64,000 nt of DNA. Origin: Paraspadella gotoi. Its lineage: Eukaryota > Animalia > Chaetognatha. Below the pieces are notes generated by a model. It was not told the origin of the DNA and made no database searches. It worked only from the letters and a program-made list of their open reading frames with translations. Of the stretch, positions 1-13,968 are shown piece after piece. A program made the position numbers and the translations under genes. The first letter of the stretch is position 1. Every line of letters begins with the position of its first letter. The stretch is from contig CM119263.1 of the NCBI GenBank assembly GCA_051294375.1, forward strand, positions 1,848,668 through 1,912,667. Reading direction: 5' to 3'.

Positions 1-842
1 CGGGGAAAAGTTTGGCCCAAAAAAATTCCTATCTCTTATTGTTAGCGGAAACAAATTTAATTTAATTATGAAAAAAAAAATTTAGTTGACCCTACTTAAA
101 TATTTATAGTAACCCATTATTTATTTGCATTAAGAAAGTATTTTTTACTAAAATTCCAATTTTATTTTTTTACTGTACAAAGCTATAAATTTAGGTTTAA
201 GCCTATGAACAAAGGCTTTACAAGATTATATTTTTTTATTATATTTTATTAAAAGCAGACAATCAAACCTAAAATTCTATTCTTACAGAAACAAAAACTG
301 TAATAATTATTAATAATATTCATATTCATCCTTAAAATGTATAATTAAATATATTTGATTCCTAATTATAACAATAAAAAAATTTGGCAAAGTCAGGAAT
401 CTTTCTCTTCTTTTTGTATTTATATTACTTTAAAGAGTTTTATTGTCATCCAATTACAGAATCATTTGAAAAGAAAGTTTAAATAAAATCAGTCTAATAC
501 CTTTAAATTTTGGGATTCATTCCTAGTTTTTTTTCTTATAAATTTTTGTGGATGAAAAGCTGAAAATTTTTTTAAAATTAGATCTTACTCCTTTTTTGAA
601 AAAAAAAAAAAATAAACTTGAAAAAGTGATTTTTCTTCTTTACCGATTTTTTAAAGAAAAATTAAGCTCATTGATTTTTTATCGAAAATTTTTTTAACTA
701 CTTTCCCAACATGATTATAGAATTAAAAAAATATATGAATTTCAGAGAACCAGCTTAAATTTAAAGGGTCAAACGTTATGTTTTCAGCTTTTTTACCCCC
801 CTGTTCAACTTGGTCCTCTTAAAAGGGAAATCTCTCGATGAA

Positions 843-892
<50 letters not shown>

Positions 893-1181
893 AGGAGAGA
901 GAGAGGGAAAGAGGAAAAAGACGTAAAAAGATTTTCATCGTCACCATGTTCTACAAACACTAAAAAAAAAAATCTAATATTTTGACTAAAGCAGGCCAAC
1001 AGGCAAAGAAGCAAGCAAGCGATAATGTTTATTTCAGTCAGATAAAATAAATAAGTGAAACCAACTTGAAAAGGTGAGAATCAACGGCGGGACACTCCAG
1101 TCTGAGCCGCCGAGGAAACGTCCTTGAAATCTTCCAAGTTTATTTCCGTTGGCCTCGAGAAAGCGTTCCGGGTCGTTAGAT

Positions 1182-1280
1182 TCACTTCGGCGGAGATGGA
1201 CGTCACTTCCGGCGGAGATGACGTCACTTCCCGGCGGAGATGACGTCACTTTCCGGACGCTAGATGACGTCACTTTCCGG
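1182..1280. repeat. 21-bp tandem repeat GACGTCACTTCCGGCGGAGAT (~4-5 units)
   Basis: Read directly; encodes ISAGSDV on the minus strand. Partial copy at 12357-12396. Confidence 0.85.
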
Positions 1281-3174
1281 TCAAGTTAGTGACGTGTATT
1301 TTCAAAAAAATTTCTTTCGCCGAAAAGTCCGAGTGAAATCGTCCGATGGCCTTCAAAAGGCCATGCATTTTTCGCTAGAGAGAAGGAGAGAGATCGGATG
1401 AGGAGAGAGAGAGAGAGAGAGAGAGACGAGAGAGAGAGAGATAGAGAAGGGGAAAAATAAGGGGAACATAACATAAAAAGTCGGTTCTTTGTAATGAGCC
1501 AAACTCGTGCGTGAGACGCATTGGAACAAAAAACAATGATAGAGAGAAAGACAGTCAGAAAAAGAAGGAGGGAGAGAGAGAGAGAGAGAAGAGAGAAAGG
1601 AGACAGAGAGAGAGAAGAGACGAGAGAAGAAGAGAGAGAGAGAGAAGAGAGGAGAGAGGAGAGAAAAAGAGAGAGAGAGAGAGAGATATAGCTTTACTTT
1701 CAGAGTTACTTTTGAAGTAGTCATCCTTATTTACAAAATTCTTTTATTTATTTTTGGTATTAACATGTTTTTTAGATTCACAGTAAAAGTAAAGAAATAA
1801 TTCTCACCAGTGAAAAAGCGAGGTGATCCTTGAGTGGAATCGAGTGACGGTCTGTTAAGCGGTGACGTCATCGTCAGACCGAAAACCAATCCGCATTTCC
1901 TCAGTGAGACTCGGATCGTCCCTTGATGGAAAGCGGAAAGGAAAACCTTTGGAAAAAAAACAGTTCTCTCTATCTCTCTCTTCCCTTCTCTCCCTCTCCC
2001 TCTCCCTCTCTCTCTCTCTATTCATCTACATAATCTCTGTCCCTCTTTCTATTTCCCTTTTTATTTCTCCCCTCAACGGCCGCTCTGGCATTGGAAATAA
2101 AAACAAAAAACGTTTTCATCATTCAATCAGAGTAGCGGTTTAAAGTTTTAATTGATATTTTGAATTTCAACAATTTTTACAATTCACTTCTGTACCTTTT
2201 TTCATTTTCTTCAATTCTTTTTCTCATTTATTGTTTATAAATCCTTGACAGACCGACCAAGGAGCGTTTGAGATCTCAGTCGAAGCCGCGCGACAGAAAA
2301 GACTGAAGGTCGCCCTGACAGAAGAAATGAATTTTTAATCGCGACTCAGATGCGGTATGAAACTCAACCCGGCCAGCTTCCTATTCCCGATGCCGGTTCT
2401 TCCCATGTCGGTTCTCGTTGGCGGTTTCTTCCATGTCGTCTCGTTGGCGGTTCTTCCATGTTCGGTCTCGTTGGCGGTTTCTCCATGTTCGGTTCTCGTG
2501 GCGGTTCTCCATGTCGGTTTCTCGTTTGCCGGTTAATCCCTGCCAGGTTTTGTATTGCCAGATCTCCTTGTGGTTCTCATTGCCGGCTCTCATTTTCCGG
2601 TTTGCATTGTCGGTCTTTCATGCTGACTTTATGTTGCCGACTTCTCCCTGTCGGTTTAGCGTTGCCCAGTTCCCATTGCCAGTTCTCATGCCATTTCTAT
2701 TTACCGTTTTTTGCGTTGCCAAGTTCTCATTGCCAGTTCTCATAGCCATTTCTCATTGCCGGTTTTGCATAAGTCAGTTTCCTCATTGCCAGTTCTCATT
2801 GCCATTTCTCATTGCCAGTTCTCATTGCCAGTTGCGTTACCGGTTCTCATTGCGGTCCTCGTTACCGACGCCGGTGTTTGCTGACGGCGCCGCGTTTCCT
2901 AACCTCATTATCTCCTTCACCGTTTCGTGGTTTTCGCACCGGCGCGGCGTTGCAAGGCGTCGTTTCATTCAGGCGCTTTGTCATTGGTTTTTTGCCCATG
3001 TCATTGTCTCCGATATCTAGTCGGTCTGATTCTGCAATCCTCGTCATTGATGACGCACGCTGCTTCTCTTTCGGCGCCAATCCCACGAACTCCCAAAACC
3101 AATAGTCGACGGTTTGGATTTCGTTAAAATGCCATTCATTTTTAATTATCATTTTCGTGGATTATTTCTATAAT

Positions 3175-3480
3175 TTTTCCTCTTCCCTATCCTCTTCCCT
3201 ATTCCTCCTCCCCCTATTCCTTTTTTCCCTATCCTCTTCCCCCCACTCCTCTTCCCTATCCTCTTCCCCTTTTCCTCCTATCCTCTTCCCCATTACTCCT
3301 CTTCCCCTATATTCCTCTCCCCTTTTCCTCTTATTCCTTTCCCCCTTACTCCTTTCCCCCTTATTCCTCCCTTTCCCCATTTTCCTCTCCCCCAACGCCT
3401 CTTCCCCTTTTTCCTCTTCCCCATATTCCTCTTCCCCCTTTTCCTCTTTCCCCCTATTCCTCTTCCTAATCTTCCCTTCT
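3175..3480. repeat. Pyrimidine-rich ~14-bp minisatellite TCCTCTTCCCCNAT (copy at 14275-14580)
   Basis: Read directly. Confidence 0.8.
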
Positions 3481-4494
3481 TTTCTTTTACTCCTTCGTAG
3501 GTCAAGTCACGGACATTCACCTTTTCACTCGGATCTCACGAACACGATTTAATGGTTTCTTTTTGGCACAATTGAGTTTCCGCCTCAGAGAGAGAGAGAG
3601 AGAGAGAGAGACGAGAGAGAGAGAGAGGAGGAGAGAGAGAGAAGAGAGAGAGAGAGGAGAGAGAGTCTCCAAAAAGAGTAAAATGAAATGAGAAAAGATC
3701 GAATAAAAGAAATAAATGACGTTAAAGATTGAAAGAGAATTGAAAGGAAGGGAGAAAGAAAATGAGGAATGAAGCTTTTCCCGGAAAATGGAAGTTTTCC
3801 CATATGTCCTTCTTTCGACAAAGGTCGTTGGATTCTGACCGACCGGGTCGTTCCGTCCGTCCGTCCGTAATGACCCTTTCGAAAAAGCTTTGACCTTCTG
3901 TCGGCCTTTCTCCATTTGTGGGAGGTTGGAGTCGGTTGTAGAGGAATCGGGATGAAAGAAGATTTTTTTTCAATAATGCGCAATTCTCGCTCAACGCCTT
4001 GGCATTGCTATGGACATTTTATCGATTTGGATTCCCCTTGTATCGCCTGCATCCCCTTGCATCTCCTTGCATTTCTCCTTCATCTCATTGTTTCTTTTTT
4101 CATTTTTATGTTTTAAGTCTTGATTCATATGAAAATTTCAAAATTACCTGTTTCACTATCTATAGATTTTTAATAGATTTTGAAATATTTGATATTCTTA
4201 TGATTTTTATATGCATTTAGGTTTTTTTTTAATATTTTATTGGATTATTTTTAAATCTTATATTGATTATTAGGATAGACAGAAGTGTGTGTTGTTTCTG
4301 GCATCTACGCAAACATAAGGTAGATAATTTCTTGCCCTCTAGATTTTAATAGATCTCATACATCATTCCTGTGGAAATGAGGAAAATCATTAATCTAAAC
4401 TAATATACCTAAAAGGCTGAATAAAAAATGGGAATGGATCATTTTTTTGGAGGATTATTTATCTTTTATTATCTTTATCATTTATTATTTATTA

Positions 4495-4545
<51 letters not shown>

Positions 4546-4678
4546 TATATTATTATTATTATTATTATTATTATTTATTATTATAATTATTATTATTATT
4601 ATCCTTGTCTCACATCCCTTTTCTTTTTAAAATCAAAAGTCTAAACCTCTCTCCACCCTTACCCAAGATTGCCTTCAC

Positions 4679-5323
4679 CTCAGTCTGTCCCGATTCCGGA
4701 CAGAATTCGCATCTTAATCTTCTCACAGTTTTCATCGTAATCTCGACGCTGCGCCGGCAGGGACGCCGCGCCGCCGCCGCCGAACGGGTGATCTCCTCCG
4801 GGTTAAATTCCATAGATTACGATACCGAGACGAGGCCAGCGCTTTTTTTCAAAATAGACGGGAAGAGACTCCGCCTCGGCCGCCGCCGGCCGACCGTCGA
4901 CGCCGCCGGCCTCCGCCCAACCATTCCGGTTGCCAGCAGAAGTCTCGTCTTCCGGTCGCAAAGGATCAAAGTCGACGAGAAGATCGGAGACACCGATTTT
5001 CCACGACGCCGTTTGATTCGTCCGGAAACGGCGCTGGAAAATGACGGTCGGGCGTCTGGACGTCGGACCGGGGAAAAACAGAATCTTTCTCGGCTTTTAG
5101 CATCGGCGCCGAAAATGGGGCGCCCCTGGGAACGAAGGTCGCCGCAAGAGACGCCGGCCGTTCTCTCGAGGCTCATCGTCGAAACGCCGCTTTATTGTCG
5201 CGCCGCCAGGATGGAGTTGACCGGCGAGTTGATTCGGCGTCGTTTGACGACCGACTGCGGCGACGGTCCGCGCCACGCGGGATCGTGACGGCGCCGCCAA
5301 AGTCGGACAAGGGACAGGAGGCT
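4679..5323 (-). CDS. Indel-corrupted duplicate of the pseudokinase C-lobe exon
   Basis: Collinear with 15705-16334, with many 1-nt indels. Confidence 0.65.
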
Positions 5324-5486
5324 CTGAGAGGGAGAGGTCGGGGGGAGATGGTTGGTGGGGGGATGGGACGAAGAGATTCTGATATATTTATTATTTATTT
5401 TATTTATTTATTTATTTATTTATTATTATTTATTTTATATTTATTTATTTATTTATTTAATTATTTATTTATTTATTTATTTATTT

Positions 5487-5517
<31 letters not shown>

Positions 5518-6487
5518 TTATTTATTTATTTTAATTATTTATTTATTATTTATTTATTTCAATAGTTTTATTTGATATATTTAATATTTATGTATTGGGC
5601 CTTTCGGGTGGCCACGCGGTTGTCGCCGTAGCGGTCAGGACGGTCGACCGTCCGGACGGCAGAGAATTTCAAACATCTGTGTCGCAAGTCCCCGATTCGC
5701 GTCGAAACGTCGCCGACTGACGATGATTGAGACGATAAAGAAAGTGGATATCTGGTTTATTTTATTGTATGAAATTTGAAAAGTCAGAGCTGTTGCATCC
5801 AGTAGTCGCGACGTCGAACGGTTTGACGTTGCTATTAAAACGTTTTAACGTTTTTTAGAAATCATTGTTTGTTTTTGAAACAACTTGAACTGTTCTTAAT
5901 CATCCTTTCCGCTATTTGTCTCAATAATAAATAAACATTTTAAAATTGGTTGAATAGTGAAATTAAACCGAGGCAGCTCAAACATCAAATTAAAATAAAC
6001 ATCGAGGGACCGAATTCTTTTTAAAAAAAAAATCCCAAAACTCGATACAAATTGTAAAATTGTGTCATTTCTTCACCTTTTGCTCCACCCTTTTGTGGGA
6101 AGACTTTTACCTTATTTAAAAGTAGTTTTTAGAATTGTGATCTTTACAGTTGTAAAATTTTTTTTTTCCATCTCTATCTTAAATTTCAGTCCACCTTTGA
6201 CAATTAGCCATATTCGATCCATTCGCTTTTCTGATATCAAACAAATGTATTCGTCTCATTTTGCTCACCATTATTATAAGGCTATAAAAAACAGAAAGAA
6301 AAGGTTGCGTCACGATGGTGACTTTTGGGCCGTATCCGTTTTTTTGTTGAAACGGAAACTCGGTTTTCACTATTAATGTAATCAGTTCTCACTCTCCTTT
6401 CTCCTCTCACTTGCCTCACTTTTCGCGCTTAGACTCGCCCACTCTTATTACTTCCGTGAGTCTCTCTCTCTTGTTCTCGTGTCTCTC

Positions 6488-6529
<42 letters not shown>

Positions 6530-7168
6530 TCTCGCTTCATCTTATATTTCTCTCTGCTCTTATTCTCAGGTCGCTGATAGCCATTTGTCTTTAAGATTTA
6601 ATCAGTTAAATAGTTATAGTTTTCGTCGCCCGACGTCGGTCGCTAAGCACCGTCCAAGGGCCAAAATAATTTGATCTTTTAAAAATTTCGATCATTCCCT
6701 CCAATTCAATTATTAATCAGACTGTATTAGTTAAATAAATTTGATAAATTTCCATTTCAATTTAATTAATTACTCTACTAATTTTTTTTAATTTTTCAAT
6801 TAAATTTTTTATTAGTCAATTACTTGAAAATAAAATTATCTAATATTGTGATTCTAAACAATTAAATAATAGTCATTAAAAAATGCATAATGAATAAAAT
6901 TAATCTAAACAAAATCAACGGACATATTCGACGTTAAAACAGACCAACCCCAAATTTTCGTTGCATCGCTCGATCAAATTAATAAATCAATTAGTCGATT
7001 TATCAATCAATTAGCAAAATTGGACGATTGACTTGTCTTTTTGTGTGACTATATACTTCCAATTGTTGTGTTGTTGTTGTTTTTCGATTTGCCGCTTGAA
7101 TTCGTTGACGATTTTCCGTCTCTATTTGACGACTGTCAAATAAGCACTCATCTCTTCTCTTCTCTCTG

Positions 7169-7226
<58 letters not shown>

Positions 7227-7271
7227 GTTGATTCAACTTCAATTTTTTGTCTGCAATCCCCTCAACTCGCC

Positions 7272-7450
7272 TTTTTAGTTGCGCCGCAAGCAACTCGCGG
7301 AACTTTTACTCTATAAGTCACTTTAAGGTGATCTGTCGGTCCGTGACGGATCGGTTCGGCTCCGTCGGATGTCTGTCCGTCTGTCTGTCCCACTTACGTC
7401 TATTAAATGCCTTTCATAACTTTGCATAGAATTGATTGCTCATAAAAATG
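7272..7450 (-). mobile_element. DINE-1/HINE-like non-autonomous Helentron end (copy at 18343-18505)
   Basis: On the minus strand: (GACA/GACC/GACG)n microsatellite, then AAGTGACTTATAGAG, a short hairpin ending GGCGCAACT, and an A-run. Same family as 57714-57860. Confidence 0.6.
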
Positions 7451-8333
7451 TGCCTCGCCAAAACTGACCCTCAGTCAGCCTCACCCCCGAACAAACCCTG
7501 ACCCAAGCTTTGGGTTTTCAACGCGGTTTTAGTTTTCCCGTTCGAATGAAAAATTAGCGTTCTGTTGATCGGCGACTGTTTGAATCGGACCTGTTGATCG
7601 GACTGTTTGATCGGACGCAGATTTGAAAAAAAGAAATTGTTATTTGATCGAAAGTCGGTTTAAAAGGGAAATAGTTTTTTTGAAATCTATGTTATTCTAT
7701 TTAATTTTAATTTACATAGGAAAGCTCGATTAATAAAATTATTTTGAAAAAGTTTTATATCTGTTGTAGATACGATTCGACTTTTTAGTACGTAGGTACG
7801 TACATTTTAGTATAGAATTGTAGTTCACTATTCGCAACTTTTTGTCTTGGATTCAGTTAATCGTTATATTTCAGTATAGATTTTTTTTACGAAGATGTTT
7901 CCAAATTAGATTAACAGCGAATTATATAACTTGGTTCTTCGGTATCAGTTCACTTTTCAAACCCATTGGCACTCGGAAAGCGATTTACTGTTAGGGAATC
8001 GTAGTACAGCCATGCGTTTTCTTCGTTTGTTTCTGCAACGTTTTTTCCCTCTTTTCTATTGAACTTGAAACAATTATTCTCTCCTTTTTACTAGTACCTC
8101 CTTATATCCACGTTTAACCTTTTTATTTTCATTTCATATTTTTTCTCTCTTCTTTCCTTTTTCTTTCTTGCCTTTTCTTTACTTTCATATTCTTCTTTTT
8201 TCATCTTTTTCCCCACAAATTTCTTTTATTCTCTTTTTTTTTCTAAAAAAAAAGTCAAGCAAACCGGGGGCTTTTGTGGGTCTCTTCCTTTTTTCCCCCT
8301 TGCTCCTCCCGCCTTTTCAAGGCAAACACTAAC

Positions 8334-8709
8334 CTATCAAAGGCGGAAGGTTGTGCTCTCCGGTTGATTTCGTTCTTTTGTGTGTCCGACCAATTGGCGT
8401 CACTGATGCGAGGATTTCCGGAGCCGGAATTTGAATTCCGGCCTCCGCCCACCAAGCCGGGCGTCCGGTTCTCGCTCCGCCGACGCGAACCTTTTTTGAT
8501 CGCCAACTTCCGCCGCCTCCGCATCCGCCCCGCCGCCGGACGCCTCAGCGGACGCCTTTCAACGCGCCGCAGTAGTCGGCAGCCGGACGCCGTTGCAACG
8601 ACGCCGCTTTGGCCGGCCGAGAACTTCTTGCTTCGATCCGTCTTAAAAAAAATCTAGTCCTTTGTTTGTCTAGACGCGAAATGGACAACCGTAAAGTTGA
8701 AGGAGACAT
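8334..8709 (-). CDS. Indel-corrupted duplicate of the pseudokinase N-lobe exon
   Basis: Same splice sites as 19357-19715; ELAIKK motif visible; multiple frameshifts. Confidence 0.65.
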
Positions 8710-10620
8710 CTGTGGCAGATGTTATAAAATATGACAAGTATGATTACTATGAACTTATGTGTATATCAAATTTAATATTCATTCCTTTGTATAGACATTT
8801 ACAGGAAGGACCATACTTTCATCCCTCTTCCCATCGTGATATTTTTAAAATTAAAGCTCGCATTTAAATAAATTTTAACTTTTTTCAAATTTTATTTTCA
8901 ACTGTAAATCAATACCAAGTTAAAGCAATATTCGTAATTTGATGGAAACGAATAATGCTAAAAATTTATAAAATAAAATAAGATAAAATTAATTTAAGTC
9001 CTGACATTTATATTTGGTTTTTTGTTTTTTGTTTTTGAAAACGTGACTGGCTACATTTATACAAATAATTACAAGAAAGTGCAATTTTCATTCTACAAAC
9101 CAATGCGAAAATATTAAAACCAATTAATCAATATAAATATAAATATAACAACAAATTAACCAAATCGATTGTGGAAAATCATTTTGTTCTTCGTCAAGAA
9201 AATTTTGAAAAAAAAAATCGAGAGAAAAAAAAACTGTTGATTCCTATTCTCGAAATAAAAGGAGAAAAAGAAAGGAATATCCCATTCTTAACAGAAATGA
9301 CCAGTTGCGGTCATTCATGTAAAGGATGACACGACGACGACTACAACGACGGACGACGACAATAAGCGAGTCGGCGGCGGAGGAGGAAAACTATGGTTTG
9401 CGAAAAGGAGGGCGTGGAAAAATGCAGGCACTGATGATTGATGACGATTGATTGACGACGACGAAAAAAAATGATAGCCAAAGAAGACGACAACGACGAC
9501 GAGAAAAGAGGAGAACGAACAAAAGTAGTAGGTCAATTAGGGCGGCTCTAGGTATAATCTTAAGTGAAACTTTAGAAATTTTAAAACAATTTTTTTACGT
9601 GTGTCTTAGAAATTGATATTTATTTTTATTTTTAAATTTATATTTTTTAGGGAACATTCAAATAAGCTAGGTTTTAAAATCTTTTAAAAATTTATTTCAT
9701 TTAAAAATCTTAAAAAAGGTTGACAGTAAATATGTTATATTACAAAAGCAAAACATGAAAAAAATTCAAACATCATTCTTTTATTTATCTTAATTTTTAA
9801 AAATTTTTTTCTCGATATTCAAAATTTAAAAAAAATTAAATTAAATATTTTTGATTTGAAATAAAATTTAAAGCTCTTTGAAAAAAAAGAATTATTTTGG
9901 TTAAAAAATTATCTATGCATGAAATTGAATTGCCTGGGTCTACTTACACGAGATGGAAATATCATTGACAAAAACACCTCCTCATAATATTTTTTTTTTT
10001 TTTTTGGTCATTAAGAAGAAAAAGAATAAGAACGAATTTCGACACAAACGAAATAGAAGAGAAAAAGAAAGAGAGTAAAAGAAGGAGATATTTAAAGAAA
10101 TTGAAAAGAATATAAGATGAAAGAGAAAGGATACTATGAAGAGAAAAAGAAAGAAGATTACAGGAAGGAAGAAAAGGCGGGAAAAAAAGTAAGAAGGCTG
10201 AAACGATGGTAAGTTTTTATTCTTCTTGGGAATTCGAGGAAAGAAGGACCATCCGGAAACAGCATCGCTCAGCTCGTAAGTTTAAGCTTGGTCAGTTCGA
10301 CGTCACGAAGGTGAGTACAAGAGGAGACTAAAAATACTGAATGTTGGAAAAACTCTATGTCCACACTAGTAGATATATTAGAAGCCTAAAAAATGCATTG
10401 AGAGAGAGAGAGAGAGAGAGTGAGAGAGGGAGAGCCAAAATGCTCGCCCCTTCGTAAAAAGCCAACTTGAGAGAGTCCCTCCTCTAAAAAAGGGAAAACG
10501 CAGGCATTTGCTTGACTGAAGAGAAAAAATATTGGAAACGATGATGAAGTTTTTGGAATCAAAAAGAATAAAAAAAAAAAGGCAAGGATTTTTACTTTCC
10601 GATAATTGGCTTGTCATTTT

Positions 10621-10918
10621 GGCTCTCTTTTACGAGCTGTGCCCCATTTCCGTTTGTTTATCTAGAATTATTTACTTTTATTAGTTATTCTTTTGTTTTT
10701 AATATCATCTAAATATGTTTTTCAAACTTATTAAACCAAATTCTTAATCTTAGTCTCTAATCTTAATTCCCTAACCTAACTCTAATCACTGGTCTCATAC
10801 CCAAATCGTTAACCTTATCCATAACCTAATCCTTAACCCAACCTTGACCTATCTTTAACTAAAAGTTAACTTTATACGAATTTAGGATAAAATGGAGCAT
10901 TTTGAGAAAAATAAGGCC
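10621..10918. mobile_element. MITE-like element with imperfect ~24-bp TIRs and a degenerate (TAACCC)n interior (copy at 21543-21845)
   Basis: Begins ggctctcttttacgag.tgtgcccc and ends ggagcattttgagaaaaataaggcc; related to 22053-22394 and 39098-39373. Confidence 0.6.
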
Positions 10919-12239
10919 ATCATTGTAACTTAAAGCAAAAAAAGCGACGCTGATCAATTGTGGTCGAGTTAAAGAAAAGAGAAAAAAAAGGAAGAAAAAA
11001 GGAAAGAGAAAAAAAGGAAAAAAAAGAAGAGAGAATTATTCAAATTCAAGACCGAAATTAAATACATTAATTGAATACGATATACAATCAAATCAAATTT
11101 AAGCTCGGAATCCTAATTCTTTCTGGTACTTTTTATTTCAATAAAGGCACCATTTCAACTAAATATCATAAATTAAGTTATTTAAGATTTAATAATTAGG
11201 TGAAGAAAATAAAGTATGGGATTAGTTTTATGGATTAAGTTAAAGGAATTAAGGTTTAAGTAAGGAATAAGGGTTTAAGGATTTGATCCAACCTCTCCGT
11301 TTATTTTGCCACAATAGTTTGAATTAATAATTAAGTTTATAGTATTAGGTAAAATTTAGGGATTGAAGTTGTGATTTGCTTACAGTAATGGATAAGGGTA
11401 AACTCTCTCTTTTTTTACAGAGACAGAGACAGAGAGACAGAGACAGGAAAAATAGTAGATGAGAGGGAATGATTCATATGTGTTTTTTGTTTGAAATTGT
11501 ATATGAGCTGCCATGATTTTAAAGAGATATATTAATAAATTAATAAATTGATAAAAATTTTTTTGTTCTTTTCAAGCAACATTATTAATTTATTGTAAAT
11601 AAATGACGTGATATATGACAACACAATTAAGAGTAAAATAAAAAAAAATTGTTTTCCTGATGAAGTAAAAATTGACTTAATTATAAATTAGTTTATTTGC
11701 CTATGAAAAAGAACCAAGATCAAGAAAGATTTGAATCATGAAAATGAAAATGCAAGGATCGAAAGGGCGGCAACTTTTTTTTGCTTTCATCACTAAAACA
11801 GCATTGATTCCATTTATTCCATTTATTCCATCTCTCTATCATTCGAAATCTTTTCTCTCGAGATCAGACGGGAAAGAAAAACCTTANNNNNNNNNNNNNN
11901 NNNNNNNNNNNNNNNNNNNNNNNNNNNNNNNNNNNNNNNNNNNNNNNNNNNNNNNNNNNNNNNNNNNNNNNNNNNNNNNNNNNNNNNNNNNNNNNNNNNN
12001 NNNNNNNNNNNNNNNNNNNNNNNNNNNNNNNNNNNNNNNNNNNNNNNNNNNNNNNNNNNNNNNNNNNNNNNNNNNNNNNNNNNNNNNNNNNNNNNNNNNN
12101 NNNNNNNNNNNNNNNNNNNNNATGTTCTACAAACACCAAAAAAAAGAAATCTAATATTTTGACTAAAGCAAGCCAACAGGCAAAGAAGCAAGCAAGCGAT
12201 AATGTTTATTTCAGTCAGATAAAATAAATAAGTGAAACC

Positions 12240-12396
12240 AACTTGAAAAGGTGAGAATCAACGGCGACACTCCAGTCTGAGCCGCCGAGGCAAACGTCCT
12301 TGAAATCTTCCAAGTTATTTCCGTTGGCCTCGAGAAAGCGTTCCGGGTCGTAGATTTCACTTCCGGCGGAGATGACGTCACTTCCGGCGGAGATGA
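12240..12396 (-). CDS. Partial exon with ISAGSDV repeats and a KEN-domain-like segment (copy A at ~1062-1375)
   Basis: ISAGSDVISAGSEIYDPERFLEANGNNLEDFKDVCLGGSDWSVAVDSHLFKL, then TTG|gtttca. GxDWxxxxD resembles the early KEN helix of IRE1 (yeast SGDWTVKFD). Lies downstream of the kinase exons on the same strand. Confidence 0.5.
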
Positions 12397-13557
12397 NNNN
12401 NNNNNNNNNNNNNNNNNNNNNNNNNNNNNNNNNNNNNNNNNNNNNNNNNNNNNNNNNNNNNNNNNNNNNNNNNNNNNNNNNNNNNNNNNNNNNNNNNNNN
12501 NNNNNNNNNNNNNNNNNNNNNNNNNNNNNNNNNNNNNNNNNNNNNNNNNNNNNNNNNNNNNNNNNNNNNNNNNNNNNNNNNNNNNNNNNNNNNNNNNNNN
12601 NNNNNNNNNNNNNNNNNNNNNNNNNNNNNNNNNNNNNNNNNNNNNNNNNNNNNNNNNNNNNNNNNNNNNNNNNNNNNNNNNNNNNNNNNNNNNNNNNNNN
12701 NNNNNNNNNNNNNNNNNNNNNNNNNNNNNNNNNNNNNNNNNNNNNNNNNNNNNNNNNNNNNNNNNNNNNNNNNNNNNNNNNNNNNNNNNNNNNNNNNNNN
12801 NNNNNNNNNNNNNNNNNNNNNNNNNNNNNNNNNNNNNNNNNNNNNNNNNNNNNNNNNNNNNNNNNNNNNNNNNNNNNNNNNNNNNNNNNNNNNNNNNNNN
12901 NNNNNNNNNNNNNNNNNNNNNNNNNNNNNNNNNNNNNNNNNNNNNNNNNNNNNNNNNNNNNNNNNNNNNNNNNNNNNNNNNNNNNNNNNNNNNNNNNNNN
13001 NNNNNNNNNNNNNNNNNNNNNNNNNNNNNNNNNNNNNNNNNNNNNNNNNNNNNNNNNNNNNNNNNNNNNNNNNNNNNNNNNNNNNNNNNNNNNNNNNNNN
13101 NNNNNNNNNNNNNNNNNNNNNNNNNNNNNNNNNNNNNNNNNNNNNNNNNNNNNNNNNNNNNNNNNNNNNNNCCTCTCCCTCTCCCTCTCTCTCTCTCTAT
13201 TCATCTACATATCTCTGTCCCTCTTTCTATTTTTTTCCTTTTTATTTCTCCCCATCAACGGCCGCTCTGGATTGGAAATAAAACAAAAACGTTTTTCATC
13301 ATTCAATCAGTAGCGGTTTAAAGTTTAATGATATTTGAATTCAACAATTTTTACAATCAACTTCTGTACCTTTTTTTCATTTCTTCAATTCTTTTTCTCA
13401 TTTATTGTTTATAAATCCTGACAGACCGACCAAGGAGCGTTTGAGTCTCAGTCGAAGCCGCGACAGAAAAAGACTGAAGGTCGCCTGACAGAAGAAATGA
13501 ATTTTTAATCGCGACGTCAGATGCGTAGAACTCAACCCGGCGCAGCTTCCTATTCCC

Positions 13558-13968
13558 GATGCCGGTTCTCCATGTCGGTTCTCGTTGGCGGTTCTCCATG
13601 TCGGTTCTCGTTGGCGGTTCTCCATGTCGGTTCTCGTTGCCGGTTCTCCCTGCCAGGTTTGTATTGCCAGATCTCCTTGTTGGTTCTCATTGCCGGCTCT
13701 CATTTCCGGTTTGCATTGTCGGTCTTCATTGCTGACTTTAGTTGCCGATTCTCCCTGTCGGTTTGCGTTGCCAGTTCCCATTGCCAGTTCTCATTGCCAT
13801 TTCTCATTACCGTTTTGCGTTGCCAGTTCTCATTGCCAGTTCTCATAGCCATTTCTCATTGCCGGTTTGCATAGTCAGTTCTCATTGCCAGTTCTCATTG
13901 CCATTTCTCATTGCCAGTTCTCATTACCAGTTTGCGTTACCGGTTCTCATTGCCGGTCCTCGTTACCG
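13558..13968. repeat. 13-bp minisatellite, consensus TGCCAGTTCTCAT, with a 26-bp higher-order unit at the left (copy A ~2390-2865)
   Basis: Roughly 30 degenerate 13-bp units read directly. Confidence 0.85.

Larger units (their letters stand above)
946..11400. repeat. Copy A (noisier) of a ~10.4-kb direct duplication; copy B is at 12122-22324
   Basis: Collinear near-identity from atgttctacaaacac to ggataaggg. Differences are mostly 1-nt indels, e.g. a 359-nt exon in copy B is 376 nt here. Confidence 0.95.

Noticed and set aside
4605-5288. 227-aa plus-strand ORF
   Set aside because: Antisense shadow of the kinase C-lobe exon on the minus strand.
12240-12290. DWSVAVDSHLFK as the Lbc-family RhoGEF motif SWSLAVD
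   Set aside because: No DH-domain sequence follows; its position downstream of an IRE1-type kinase favours KEN.
11888-13171. Long ORFs across N runs (also 29607-29818 and 60082-60548)
   Set aside because: Assembly gaps translated as X.
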